Below, one piece after another: positions 36,585 through 51,024 of a stretch of DNA of 64,000 nucleotides. The position numbers and the translations under genes are program-made. Source of the stretch: Mobula hypostoma (taxonomy: Eukaryota); the NCBI RefSeq assembly GCF_963921235.1, contig NC_086097.1, forward strand, positions 161,388,001-161,452,000, in the 5' to 3' direction. Numbering within the stretch: position 1 is the stretch's first letter; each line of letters opens with the position of its first letter. The notes beneath the pieces are model-generated. The model saw only the letters and a list, made by a program, of their open reading frames with translations, did no database searches and was not told the DNA's origin.

Positions 36585-39325
36585 TCAGTATTTGGAGCTG
36601 TGATGTTGTGGCCATTACAGAGACTTGGATGGCTTGGGGCAGGAATGGTTACTTAGAGTGCCAGGCTTTAGATGTTTCAGGAAGGACAGGGAGGGAGGCA
36701 AAGGAGGTGGGGGCTTGGTACTGTTGATCAGAAATAGTGTTATGGCTGCAAAACAGGAGGAAGTCATGGAGGGATTGTCTACGGAGTCTCTGTGAGTAGA
36801 AGTTAGGAGCAGGAAGGGGTTAATAACTCTACTGGGTGTTTTTTTTTATAGACCACCCGATAGTAACAGGGACATTGAGGAGCAGATAGGGAGACAGATT
36901 CTGTAATAATAACAGGGTTGTTGTGGTGGGAGATTTTAATTTCCCAAATATCGATTGGCGTCTCCCGAGAGCGAGGGGTTTAGATGGGTGGAGTTTGTTA
37001 GGTGCGTTCAAGAAGTGGATATGCCTACAAGAGGAGAGGCTGTACTTGATTTGGTATTGGAAAATGAACCTGGTCAGGTGTCAGATCTCTCAGTGGGAGA
37101 GCATTTTGGAGATAGTGATCACAATTCTATTTCCTTTACCATAGCATTGGAGAGGGACAAGAACAGACAAGTTAGGAAAGCATTTAATTGGAGTAAGGGG
37201 AAATATGGGGCTATCGGGCAGGAACTGGAAGCATAAATTGGAAACAGATGTTCTCAGAGAGATGTATGGAAGAAATGTGGCAAATGTTCAGGGGATATTT
37301 GTGTGGAGTTCTGCATAGTTAAGTTCCAATGAGACAAGGAAAGGATGGTAAGATACAGGAACCATGGTGTACAAAGGCTGTTGTAAATCTAGTCAAGAGG
37401 AAAAGAAGAGCTTATGAAAGGTTCAAGAAACAAGGTAATGATGGAGATCTAGAAGATTATAAGGCTAGCAGGAAGGAGCTTAGGAATGAAATTAGGAGAG
37501 CCAGAAGGGGCCATGAGAAGGCCTTGGAGGACACGATTAAGGAAAACCCCAAGGCATTCTACAAGTATGTGAAGAGCAAGAGGATAAGACGTGAGAGAAT
37601 AGGACCAATCAAGTGTGACAGTGGAAAAGTGTGTATGGAACTGGAGGAAATAGCAGAGGTACTTAATTAATACTTTGCTTCAGTATTCACTACGGAAAAA
37701 GATTTTGGTGATTGTAGGGATGACTTACAATGGACTGAAAAGCTTGAGCATGTAGATAATAAGGAAGAGGATGTGCTGGAGCTATTGGAAAGCATCAAGC
37801 TGGATCACTGGGACTGGACGAGATGTACCCCAGGCTACTGTGGGAGGCAAGGGTGAAGATTGCTGAGCCTCTGGTGATGATCTTTGCATCATCAATGTGG
37901 ACGGGAGAGGTTCCGGAGTATTGGAGGGTTGTGGATGTTGTTCCCTTATTTAAGAAAGGGAGTAGAGATAGCTCAGGAAATTATAGACCAGTGAATCTTA
38001 CTTCAGTGGTTGGTAAGTTGATAGAAAAGATCATGACAGGCAGGATTTATGAACATTTGGAGAGGTATAATATGATTAGGAATAGTCAGCATGGCCTTGT
38101 CAAAGGCAGATCGTGCCTTACAAGCCTGACTGGATTTTTTGAGGATCTGACTAAACACATTCATGAAGGAAGAGCAGTAGATGTAGTGTATATGGATTTC
38201 AGCAAGGCATTTGATAAGGTATCCCATGCAAGGTATATTGAGAAAGTAAGGAAGCATGGGATCCAAGGGGACATTGCTTTGTGGATCCAGAACTGGCTTG
38301 CCCACAGAAGGCAAAGAGAGGTTATAGACGGGTCATATTCTGCGTGGAGGTTTGTCACCAGTGGTGTGCCTCAAGGATCTGTTCTGGGACCCCTACTCTT
38401 CGTGATCTTTTTATAAATGACCTGGATGAGGAAGTGGAGGAAGGGGTTAGTAAATTTGCTGATAACACAAAGGTTGAGGTTGTTGTGGATAATGTGGAGG
38501 GCTGTCAGAGGTTACAGTGGGACATTGATAGGATGCAAAACTGGGCTGAGAAGTGGCAGATGGAGTTCAACCCAGATAAGTGTGAGGTGGTTCATTTTGG
38601 TATTTCAGATATGATGGCAGAATATAGTATTAATGGTAAGACTCTTGGCAGTGTGGAGGATCAGAGGGATCTTGGGGTCTGAGTCCATAGGACACTCAAA
38701 GCTGCTGCTGCGCAGATTGACTCTGTGGTTAAGAAGGCATACGGTGCATTGGCCTTCATCAATCGTTGGATTTGAGTCTGAGCCGAGAGGTAATGTTGCA
38801 GCTATATAGGACCCTGGTCAGACCTCCCTTGGAGTACTGTGCTCAGTTCTGGATAGAAAGGGTGCAGAGGAGATTTACAAGAATGTTGCCTGGATTGGGG
38901 ACCATGCCTTATAAGAATAGGTTGAGTGAACTCGGCCTTTTCTCCTTGGAGTGACGGAGGATGAGAGATGACCTGATAGAGATGTACAAGACTGATGAGA
39001 GGCATTGATTGTGTGGATAGTCAGAGGCTTTTTCCAAGGCTGAGATGGCTAACTCGAGAGGGCACATTTTTAAGGTGCATGGAAGTAGGTACAGAGGAGA
39101 TGTCAGAGGTAAGTTTTTTACGCAGAGAGTGGTGAGTGCGTGGAATGGGCTGCCGGCGACGATGTTGGAGGCGGATATGATAGGGTCTTTTAAGAAACTC
39201 CTGGATATGTACATGGAGCTAAGAAAAATAGAGGGCTATGGGTAACCCTAGATAATTTCTAAGGTAAGGACACAACTTTGTGGGCCAAAGGGCCTGTATT
39301 GTGCTGTAGGTTTTCTATATTTCTA
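36585..39325 (+). mobile_element. Decayed CR1 LINE ORF2 (endonuclease plus RT) with 3' end
   Basis: VGDFNFPNIDW, GDSDHN, YMDFSKAFDK, KFADNTK; same family as 5822-9801. Confidence 0.92.
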
Positions 39326-41266
39326 GAACTGTAGATTTTCAGTAATAGTTAAACAAAAGTTGAAAAGGGTACATGTGAAATGTGCCCAGTTAAAATGAAT
39401 GCTTAACATTCAGACTGTCGTACATGAATAGGGAGACTACTTCTCTATGAATCTATGTGCAATTTAAAACTGAAAAACAAGGTTCATGCTTGCAAGATGT
39501 GTAGAATTACATTGTTTTTCTAATTTTAAGACATGAGAATTGGTAACGTGGCATGTTAATTTTGGTTAAAAATACTTAGAAGTAGGAATTTGTAGCATGA
39601 AAGGCAGGTTTGTATTTTAGAATAAAATAGTGGCAGAAATTTAAGGTGATACCTGTACCTTTAGTCTTAGAATCATAGAAGAGTACAGTACAGAAACAGG
39701 CCTTTCGGCCTGGCTAATCTGTGCTAAGCCATTTAAACTTCTTATTCCCATTGACCTGCACTGGGACCATAACCCTCCATACCCCTACTATCCATGGACC
39801 TTTCCAAAACTTCATTTAAACATTGAAATCAAGCTCGCATGCACCACTTGTGCTGGCAGTTCGTTCCTTACTCTCACTGCCCTCCGAGTAAAGATTCCCC
39901 TCATGTTCCTCTTAAACTTTTCACCTTTCACTCTTGACCCATGACCTCTAGTTGTAGTACCACCCAACCTCAGTTTTGTTTTACAGTTAGTGTTGAAATT
40001 GTATAATAGTTGATAAGACTTAAAGGGCTAAACTTGAGACTATCAACATCATGGCAGAACAAAATTTTCAGCTCTCTAAAGGTTTAGAGACAATTTAATC
40101 TTGATGTATTTCCCGCTCAAGTTAAATAAAAGGAACTCTTAAGAAAAATGCTTATTATGCACTCAAATTACGGTCCTTTTGGAGAAATGAGAACTCTTTT
40201 GCAAGGAAGCATGGGTTTCTTGGAGTAAGTGGTCCTCAGCTTGAAGTTGTATGTTGGAAAGGTCGTACGTACATTTACAGTGCATGTAAACTTTTAAAAT
40301 GCGAGGGAATTTGGCTAAATGGATAGTAAAATGTGCAAAGGCCTGTCTTTTTTTAATATAAAGTTGACATTTGTATTATCTCCACTATTCATGTTAGGTT
40401 ATAGATAAATGGCTTGAGCTTGAGAATTGGAGTAGCAAGCAGTTTATTGATTTACTGCAATTTGGTATTGGTGATTGAGAGCTCAGTCTAGGCCCTTTTG
40501 AACAGCGTACAAGATGGATGCTGTTCATTGTAGAACATGTGAAATGTAACATTTTGGAATTAAGGAAAAATAATGCATTTGGGAAGAAGACAAAGTGTAT
40601 CAGAATGTAGTTGGAAGTGTAAGGGCATTTTTAAAACAAAATCATGAAGACTCTTAAGATTATCTAACTAGAGGCATTGAATACAAAAGAAACACTTGTA
40701 TGTTTAAACCTTGATGGGCTAAAATTTGAGATTTTACGGGCAGTGGCTTAGTAATCAGGATCATTAGAATTTCTTGTTGGTTTTAGTGTAAAGGCTGTGT
40801 GCAACAATCATAGTCCTAGCAACACTGTATGAGCTTTTATTCATTCATTCATTAGATGTGAGTTTTGCTAGTAGTACTGGTATTTATTGTCTATCTATAA
40901 TTTTTCTCTGAACTGAAATGGCTTGCTAAACTTCAGAAGGTGGCTAGGAGCCAATCATATTGGATTTGGAGTCACATATGAGTCTAGCCAGATAAGGTCA
41001 ATGGGTTCCCTTACCAGAAGAATGTTAGTTATCCCTCCACAGATGCTGCCTGATCCACTGAGTTCCTCCAGCATTCTGTTGTCTTTGCTTAATAAATGTA
41101 AACCTTGAACTAATTTGAGCCTCTGACAAAATGAAGTAAAATGACTATTGCCTAAAAGTTTTCCAAGAACATAATTTGAACACTTAATATGTAACATACG
41201 GCATTACACTATAACAAAATTACAGTAACTTGATTGAGTTTTCCAAATACCCATAATTTTAAAAAA

Positions 41267-42290
41267 GAACATAGAAATTTACAGCACATTACAGGCCCTT
41301 CAGCTCACAACGTTGTGCCAACTATCTAACTTACTCTAGAAACTGCCTAGAATTTCCCTACTGCATAGTCCTCTATTTTTCTAAGCTCCATGTAGCTATC
41401 TAAGAGGCTCTTAAAAGACCCTATTGTATCTGCTTCCATCACTGCCGCCAGCAGTGCATTCCACACACCCACCCACCACTTGCTGTGTGGGGGGAAAAAA
41501 AAAGTGCCCTTCACATCCCCTCTATACCTATTTCCAAGCACCTTAAAACTATGCCCCATTGTGTTATCCATTTCAGCCCTGGGAAAAAGACACTCAATCA
41601 CTGTCTCTCATCCTCCTATAGACCTCTATCCGGTCACCTCATTCTCCATCACTCCAAGGAGAAAGGCCGAGTACACTCAACCTATTCTCATAAGGTAAGC
41701 CTTTCAAACCAGGCAACATCCTTGTAAATCTTCTCTGTTCTCTCTCAATATTGTCCACATCCTTCCTGTCGTGAAGTGACCAGAACTGAACACAGTACTC
41801 CAAGTGGGGTCTGACCAAAGTCTTATATAGCTGTAACATTACCTCATGGATCTTGAACTCAATCCCATGGTTGTTGAATGCCAACACACCATTCGCCTTC
41901 TTAGCAACACTGTCAACCTGTGCAGCAGCTTTGAGTGTCCTATCGACACGGACCCCAAGATCTCAGATCATCCACACTGCTAAGAGTCTTACCATTTATA
42001 TTATATTCTGTCTTCAAATTGGACCTACCAAAATGAACCACTTCACACTTATCTGGGTTGAAGTCCATCTGCCCTTCTCAGCCCAGTTCTGCATCCTGTC
42101 AGTGTCCCACTGTAACCACTGACAACCCTCCAGACTATCCACAACACCCCCAACCTTTGTGTCATCAGCAAACTTATTAACCCACCCTTCCACTTCTTCA
42201 TCCAGGTCACTTATAAAAATCACAGAGGAGGGGTCCCAGAAAAGTTTCCTGCGGAACACCATTGGTCACCGACCTCCATGCAGAATACAA
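41267..42290 (-). mobile_element. CR1 RT 3' fragment
   Basis: KFADDTKVGG, LVRPHLEYCVQFWS. Confidence 0.88.
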
Positions 42291-42447
42291 AAAGCATGGA
42301 TCCATTAGAAATAGATTACACTGTGCAGGGAAGGTCCTGTCTCAATCGTGAGGAAGTGACCAAGTGATTGAGGGCAGGGCAGTGGATGTTGTAAATGTGA
42401 ACTTTAGCAAAATTTTAGACAAGATTCCTTGTGTTCTGGATAACTAT

Positions 42448-43304
42448 TGTTACGAGAATACACATAAAATTAAGATGTTTGCTGGCCTGGGCTAGCATCA
42501 GTGGCATCAGCAGTTGGTCTGCCACCCGCCCTCAGGGGAAGGAGAGATAAGGAACAATGGAGCAGCGTCTGGAGATGTGTAATGAAGGGATGTGGGAGAG
42601 AGAGCTGTCTGGAGCGGCTCCCCCCTTTGAACCCTGAACTGTTTGAAGTGATGGACAGGCGATACCCCAGCAGGGGGATAAAAAGGGACAGGTTCGCTAA
42701 GACAGGACACACACGCCACCCGAGGTAACGAGACCCTGGAAGCGGTGCGCCTCTCACGAGTGGGTGAGAAGTATCAGACAACGACAAGGGTGGAAAGGTA
42801 CGATCAGCGGGAACCCGGTGTGTGTCCGCCCTTGCCTGGGTGCCGGGTTCACTGCAGAGGATCGACCGCATCTGGAGGAGGGGTCACAGTCGGTGACCTC
42901 AGGTGACATCACCAAGGACCTGCCCAAAAGTAGCTTGTGAGCAATCTCGCTGGTCTGTGAGTGAAGCAGTGTTCTGAATGATCAGTTGTTCCTGTACTCT
43001 CTCTCTCTCCCCCCACGTTGTCCCTCGCCATGGCAACGATTACTGCGAACTGAACTGGACTGAACTTTGAGTCATTTTGAAATTTGGTCATTTACCCCCT
43101 AGACAACGATAGAGCTTGATTGATGCTGTTATCTTAATTCTGTGCACATGTGTGGTTATCATTGTTGAACTGTTGCATTTATTATCCTTTCGATTACTGT
43201 GTTGCTTGTTTCTTTAATAAAACTTTCTTAGTTCTAGTACTCCAGACTCCAACTGAGTGATCCATTTCTGCTGGTTTAGCAACCCAGTTACGGGGTACGT
43301 AACA
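42448..43304 (+). mobile_element. Solo LTR (857 bp; Gypsy or ERV1 class by its 4-bp TSD)
   Basis: Termini TGTTACG...CGTAACA; TSD CTAT at 42444-42447 and 43305-43308; AATAAA at 43216. Inserted in an old + strand CR1 (about 42290-44120). Confidence 0.88.
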
Positions 43305-44770
43305 CTATCATAAAGGTGCATGGGCTCATGGAGTGTTGGTAGAATAGGTTCAAAATTGGTTTGGTCTTAGAAGACTGGGTAGTCAGACGTTTTATTCTGG
43401 CTGGGTCTATGTGACCAGTGGTGTTCCATAGGAATTGGTGCTGAGACCAGTGTTTGGGGTGAAAATGTGGGTGGGCTTATTCGTACATTTGCAGAGGATA
43501 GTGTGTTGGGGATGGAAAGGAAGATTGTTGAAGAATTCCACAGGATATAGACCAGTTGGAAACTAGCAGGAAATTGACAGGTGGTTTTAATTCAGATAAG
43601 TGTGAGGTGTTATACCTTGAAGTTAAATGTAAGAGGAAAGTATACAGTAAATAGGATCTTTGAGTACATGTTCAGAGTTCCTGTAAATGGCAAAACAATA
43701 GTATTAAAGGCATCTGGCATGGTTGGCTTCATTGGTCAAGGTGTTAAATATAAAAGTTGGAAAGTCATATTGCAGATGTAAAATTTTCTTTGGTTGGGAG
43801 ATATTTACAGCACCATACAGTTCTGATCACTGCATTACGGGAAGGATGTGGAGGCTTTGGTAAGGATGCAAGAGAGTTCTCCAGGTGCATTGTCTGGATT
43901 AAGTATTGGTCACAAGGAAAAGTTAATGCACCAGAGATTAAGGGGCAACCTTATAAAAGTGTATAAAATTGTATGACTTTGAATTGAGGGGGAACGATAA
44001 AGTTTGTGGAACCAGTTTTTAAAGCTGAGTAGGTTTTGGAACATCCTGCCAGAAGTGGTGAAGACTAACGTGATAGCCATGTTTAAGAGGCATGAGAAGA
44101 CAGGGAATGAAGGGATGTGACTAAAAGATTAGCAAGGGTACATTTGTGGAAGTACTTTGAAGGATGAAAGGGGCAAAAGATTAGGCAAAAGATTTATCTT
44201 TTGCTTTTGGAGCTGAAGATACTATAAACTGCTAAGGCAAATTAAGTCAACTGTTTGAGATCTGAGATGCAAGAGTACTTTGAGAATGTATGAGCTGGTG
44301 AAAATTATCAGATTTCTGATTGTGTCAGGATGAGATCTATGTAGATCAAAATTCAACAGTAATGGGTTAATGAAACCTTTAGTTATGACATGGGCAACTG
44401 AGTTTTGAGTGATTTAAAGCAAATAATAACAGTGTGAAAAATTTAGCAGGTCGAGCAACATTGAGGAAAGGAGTATCAATATTTCGTGTTAAGTCCCTGC
44501 TTAGTCTCATTTGACAATTGAGGAAAGCTTTTCTCGTTTTATTTTGATGTAATCAGTTGAATTGTAATGGGTATCAAACAGAGTCAAATTTCAGTGCCAT
44601 GAAGTGGCCTTGGAGCTGATATGGACATGGGGTCTGAAACAAGGATATTGTGTTTTTAACTGAATTGCAAAAAATGATTTAGAATCAGAAAATTAAGGGG
44701 AGAAAGATGGATTTCATGGGTAGAGAAGAGCTTTGTAGTGAGGACAGAGGGCAGTAGATTCCATTTAATG

Positions 44771-46065
44771 CAGCGGTCCCCAACCACCGGGCCGCAAAGC
44801 ATGTGCTACCGGGCCGCGAGGAAACGATATGAGTCAGCTGCACCTCTCCTCATTCCCTGGCACGCACTGTTGAACTTGAACATGGGGTTGCCAACTGTCC
44901 CGTATTTGCCGGGACATCCCGTAAATTGGGCTAAATTGGTTTGTCCCATATTTCCCCCGCTAAGGTAGAACGTTCCTATGAAACCTTTTGTGCCGAAATG
45001 GCGTGAAGAGAAGAAGCAATTGCCATTAATTTATATGGGAAAAATTTTTGAGCATTCCCAGACCTAAAAAATAAACTACCAAATCACTCATAAAACCAAA
45101 AATAAATACACTAACATACAGTAAAAGCAGGAATGATATGATAAATACACAGCCTATATAAAGCAGAAATAATGTATGTACAGTATAGAAATTTGGCCTG
45201 TCCCCTAAAACGCTCACTAATTTTTATAGATGCACCATAGAAAGCATTCTTCTAGGGTGCATCACAACCTGGTATGGAAGTTGTCCTGTCCAAGACCGAA
45301 AGAAGCTGCAGAAGATCGTGAACATGGCGCAGCACATCACACAAACCAATCTTCCGTCTGTGGACTCACTTTACACCGCATGCTGTCAGAGCAGTGCTGC
45401 CAGGATAATCAAGGACCCGACCCACCCAGCCAGCACACTTTTCATCCCTATTCCCTCCGGGAGAAGGCTCAGGAGCTTGAAGACTCGTACGGCCAGATTT
45501 GGGAACAGCTTCTTTCCAACTGTGATAAGACTGCTGAACGGATCCTGACCTGGATCTGGGCCGTGCCCTCCAAATATCTCGACTTGCCTTTCGTTTTTTT
45601 TGCACTACCTTACTTTCCATTTTTCTATTTTCTGTTTATGATTTATAATTTATTTTTTTAATATTTATAATTTTTACTATTTTTAATATTTAATATTTGT
45701 AATCCAGGGAGTGGGAAGAGCAGAATCAAGTATCGCTGTGATGATTGTACGTTCTAGTACTAATTGTTTGGCGACTATAAAGTATAGTCAGGAAGATGAA
45801 GGCAAAACCGATTTGTGAGGGAAAAAATCAGCACGTACGTGCATGCGCACACAGGTGCCCGCGCAAGGCTTCATGGTCATAGTAGTCTTTCATTGGGTAA
45901 AGTGTCCTGGGATTTGACTGCTACTTTTGTCCCTTATTTCCGAGTGAGAAAGTTGGCAACCCTAACTGTAAAAGACATGTTGAGGTGAGTTTAACTCTAC
46001 TTGAACACTCCTCCACCCCCCCCGGTCGGCCAGTCCGTGGTGCAAAAAAAGGTTGGGGACCGCTG
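44771..46065. mobile_element. Non-autonomous hAT element (composite MITE)
   Basis: Perfect 15-bp TIR CAGCGGTCCCCAACC and 8-bp TSD ATTTAATG (44763-44770, 46066-46073). A second hAT-type unit with GGGTTGCCAACT inverted repeats lies inside. Confidence 0.9.
45195..45780 (+). mobile_element. Rex1/Babar-like LINE 3' end nested in the hAT element
   Basis: TNFYRCTIESIL.GCITTWYG and SGRRLRSLKTRTARFGNSFFPTVIRLLN; AGTATAG on both flanks. Confidence 0.75.
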
Positions 46066-46494
46066 ATTTAATGGATATTTAAATGGATGTCAAATGCTGG
46101 AGAAGTAAAGCTTTATGGGTTTGTTTGCAAATTTGAGTATGGTCAAGATTTTTAAGCATCCATTCAGATTAGATTAGATAATCTAATTTTAGCAATCCAA
46201 CAAGAATAGAATAATGCTGTCAGCATTTCTTTTCTGCATTCAATTTGCATAGTTGAAATTGTTATGTGGGAGTTCAAAGACAGAATAAATCACCTATTTA
46301 GGGTGTAAGACCAGATAGAGAGTAGGAAATTTGACTTGTTATCCTGAGTATTTTGTTTTTCCAGTGCAATGCAGAACCACTAGGGACAGATATGCAAGCC
46401 TTCAGTGCCACTGTGGATGATGACACATTACATTTCAGCTGGAGACGCATTTAATGATATACTGCTATTATCTTGCTTGTATTACATTTTAGTT

Positions 46495-46715
46495 TTGAGG
46501 TACAGCGTGGAACAGGCCTTCCAGCCCTTGGAGCTACGCTGTAACCTTGGCCTCATCACGGGACAATTTACAAAGACCAATTAACCCACTAACCTCTGGG
46601 AGGAAACCAGAGCACTTGGAGGAAACCCATACATTCCACAGGGAGGCCATACAAACTCCTCACAGAGGGCACTAGGATTGAATTCTGAACTCAGACTCCC
46701 CAAGTGCTAACAGTG
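46495..46715 (-). mobile_element. SINE, same family as 21360-21616
   Basis: Shared GGAGGAAACCAGAG.AC..GAGGAAACCCA core and CR1-like tail. Confidence 0.65.
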
Positions 46716-49700
46716 ACACTATGATGATATACAGTAGCTAAGCACAAAATATTTTACAACATGTTTTATAAATTTACTGAATAGCTTGCTTGTAACTTGC
46801 AGTTAGGTTTTCACCAATTTAGTTCTTACCAGCTTATTAGTTCAGTGCATACATTGACAATGAATTTTCTGTGATTTAATCAATTAATAGACACCAAAAA
46901 TTTGCTTTATTACTTGAACATATCATTGTTTTTATTGCCTGCATGATTGGTTTAGCAAAGATTCCCAAACTCTTGAGCCCGCAAATCTATGCTACTAGAT
47001 GTGTGGAGATGTGTTTTGGGGACTCTGTGGGAGAGTTGTTTCGTGCAACTAATGTTTTCAAGGATGCTTTTTAGAACTGACTGTAAACATGCCTTGCAGC
47101 TATTGTTTCACAGCTTTTGAAATCGAATTGCCTTGCTCAAATCTTAAAGCCATTATAAACAGAGCAGATGAATAGATGAACAGACATGGATTTATTCTTT
47201 CTAGACATTAAAATAAGATTAATGATTTAAATTGTAAAATATCCAAGATTTAGATATCAATCTTTGAGTTATTTCTGCAGATATAATTTGGGATTACATT
47301 TGTACAACCAGGAATAAAAGTATAAAATATGCTAATCTCCGATATTTTATTTTCTACATTGAGAAATGGCATGAATTTCCTGAAAAATATTTCAATCCTT
47401 TGTAGGAAAATGCAACTTCCTGGCTGCTAGATTGTAAAGACCTTAGAAAATAAACATTGTCTATACTTGTGACTAGTATTTAAGAAGCTGGTCTGTGATG
47501 ACTTTCAATATCTTGTTGGGATATTGGCAATTTTGAATGTCAAGAAGTGATAGTTGGACTTCCCGGAGATGGACAATCACTCTGTAGCCTTTATAGCATA
47601 AATATTCCTACTCACTTAGCAACCCAAGCATGAATGTTGTCTATGTAATGCTGCACGTGACTTGAACTGCTTCATAATGCAGTTGCAGACTGACCTGAAC
47701 ACTACTGTTGTCAGAGTGAAGGTTATTTGACAGGGGACAGTTCATAGTGAAGCACTTGAAGATAGTTAGATTCAAGAATTCTATCTGATAGCTTCAGAGC
47801 ATCATTCCAGAAACTGAGCAATAACAGATTGACTGGCTATCTTGGGGGTTTTTTTTTGCGCAGGATTGAAGAATAAACTTTGATCGGGATTATCTATCCC
47901 CACAGGTTACACCCATGAAGTCTAACGCTTGCTTGAATCCTTGCAGTTCAGATCTTGGTTTGGTATCTCTTACAAAAAAAATTGCATTCACTGCACTTTC
48001 TGGGAGGGGCGGAGTTGCGGATATCAGTACATTTTTTCTCTCTGGTTTAAAGTGACTTAGCTTTTGGACATTGTCCAACTAGGTCCTATAAAATTCCAGC
48101 AAATGTTTTGCATACATTAAGTGTTGAGATTCTGAGAAACCTTGAATATATGAATTAAATGAATGTATTAATCATTCTCTGTACTAATGTACTAATAATT
48201 CTAATCCAGAGTATTAACTTGCATCTTTATGATGCCAGAAGTTATTTTTTCCCCCTAACTACTGTGATGATCTAGTCATTTTCAATAATTGTATATATCC
48301 ACTTAGTGTATTCCCAATCTGGTCCACAGCCCCCTTGCTTAATAGTATTCAACCATGGCATAAAAAAGGTTGGGAACCCTTGCTCTAGATAGTGGTGGCA
48401 CACATTTCTGCTGCTAGTCCATACTGCTTCAATAATATCTGGTTTTGAGTTTTCACATTTAACATGATGGTAGTGCTGCACAACATTTTATGGTTACCAT
48501 GCCATAATTGCTGTTTTGTTCACCTTCCAGATTTATTTAATTAGTTTAAGTTGCCTTCCTCTGTATTCAATATGGAATTTAAACTGAAGACTAGTTTAAT
48601 GGTCTATATCTCTAAATATTACAGTAGTAACTTGACCATTATTTTTGTACCCGTGAGCAAAGAATCATTGAATTTTTATTGTGCCCTTTTTGAGAGCAGC
48701 CACAAAAAGGCTTGACACTTTATATAAATCATTTAAGTGACAGGATAATTTGTGCACATACTGCACCATGGATTGATGTAGGTGTACCTGTTTCTCTGCA
48801 ATGTCATCTATAGATGTAGGTAACAATGTTGAGGTAATATAAACTCTATCCTCATTTGGATGCATATTCATTTACATTGGGTCTGTTTCTTGGCTTTCCC
48901 CATTTCAATCAATGGACCATATTTTTAAAACAAAATACGCTGTGGAAGCCCATTATTTGTATCTTCTAATTGTTAACTTCTCTGTGTCTCAGGTGCATAA
49001 TTGACACTAGATTCAGGAAATTGAAGTAAGAAAAGCTGGAAGCAGACTATTCAGGATAGTTAATGAGTAAAGGTATAGCAATATTTCAGATGGCTTTGCT
49101 GATCTGGAAGGTTTTTATTCCAGATTTGTGTCTTTTGCATTTGTATAAAAAGACATGTTTTGAGTCTGTTTCTTGTAAAATGAATACTGATTATCAAGTA
49201 TGGATTTCTCCTTTTTTCTCTTTGAAGGACATCTTTCCAGCATTGTCTGAACATTACTGTTAAATTCATGAGGGCACTTGGACAGAATGTTTATCTTGTT
49301 TTTCAGATAGCATCTCTCCAGTTACTTTAAAAAGTTGCCTAGTTTGTACTTGGACAGCTTCCTCCAGTTACATTATTTACACCGAAGCAGAACAGGAATA
49401 ATCTTCAATGCCACTTAAAACACTTTTGAGTCATTACTGTGGTTTGGAAAGTGAATGGGAAGTATTGTTGGATCAATGAATCCTACTGCTGTAAATTTCT
49501 TTAAGGTGTCCTTTTAAGACTCGTTTTTACGAACCATCCAGCAGTTTCAGTCACTATTAATGAAAGCTTACTCTGTTTAATTCCTCAGTTGAAGTTGTCT
49601 CTTGATCATTAGACCATGGCCCTGGGTTACTAGTACTTAAACCACGAGAGATTTTGCAGATGCTGAAAATCCAAAGGAACAAACACAAAATGCCAAAGGA

Positions 49701-51024
49701 ATTCAAGGGGCAAGGTATGTGGGTGGAGGAGGGGAAATAATTGAGTAGATGGAGGTGATAGGTAGAAGTAAAAGGACTGAATGAGGAACCTGATAGAGTG
49801 AAATGGGAGCCAGAAAGGGGAATGAAATAAGAAAAGGGATGGGTGAGAGAAATTACCAGAAGTTAGAAAAATAGAAATTTATGCCATCAGGTTGGAGGCT
49901 GCCCAGACAAAATGAGGTGTTGCTTCTCTCTCCTGAATGGCCTCATTGTAGCATTAGAGGAGGCCTTGGACTAACATGTTAACCATATGAACTAGGGTCC
50001 CAGGCTGGTCACCCCATTGGGTTTTACTTATGAGCCACCTCAGGTTTCTCTTGCTATTTTAGATTTTATAGATTTTTCTATTTCCATATCTGCCTGTCCC
50101 TTTGCTTTCTTTGGATTAAGTTTTTACTTGCCACTAAGCTTCAGCCTTGTTTGTCTTAATTGTGGTTGAACTGATTTATCACTACAAGTTGGAGTAATAT
50201 TGCTAAATTGGATACTCTAAAATGAAGTTTGTAGCTGTTGATCCTATTATTGTTACATAGTTTGTCATTCCGGTGGCTGCTATAAATACTTAGGGATAGA
50301 TTAATGTTGACTTTGACTTAGCTCGAGGTCATTTCACCAGAATTCAGTCAGATGGGGGAGGGTGGATAAGGCAATACATTTAATGACAAAAGATTTACTA
50401 AAAGGTACAAAGTACAATGTTTTAGCATGGCAGCCTTGTCAAAAAGGAAGGTAGTACAAGACCCCAGAAAGTGTCAATTGACATGCAAACTTGGTTTGGA
50501 GGGGCAGGGAAGTAGTGAATTGTGGTTGAGTTTTTATCTGGAAAAGTTAAGCCAGTGGGGTTAGACAAAGCTTGGTACTCGATCTCTTGTTGCTTATTGT
50601 ACCCCTGAATAAATTAGGCTTAAAAACAATGTGATAAAAAAGTTTGCAATTAATACAAAGATTGACATTTGCATGGAGAACTTTAATTTTGGGAGGGTGG
50701 ATAGTTGAAGCAGTAAAATAGCATTCTAATCCAGGGAATGTGAGGTTAGTGGCTTTCCGTGGATAATTTAGTCTGAATTTGACTGGGATAAAACTGGAAA
50801 TAAACCAATGTAGAGCAGACTTGGAGGCAATTTGATGAGGCAGAGCTGAACTGAGGTTGTGGACTCACTTCTGTGAACTTCAGTTCTGAATACACTTCAT
50901 TTACTTTTATTATTCACACTTTTTTTTTCTCTCTGCACATTGGGTGCTTGGTCTTTTGTTTTCATTGGGTTTCTTTGTTTTGTGGCTGCCTGTAAGGAGA
51001 TAAAACTGAAGATTGTATAAAGTT

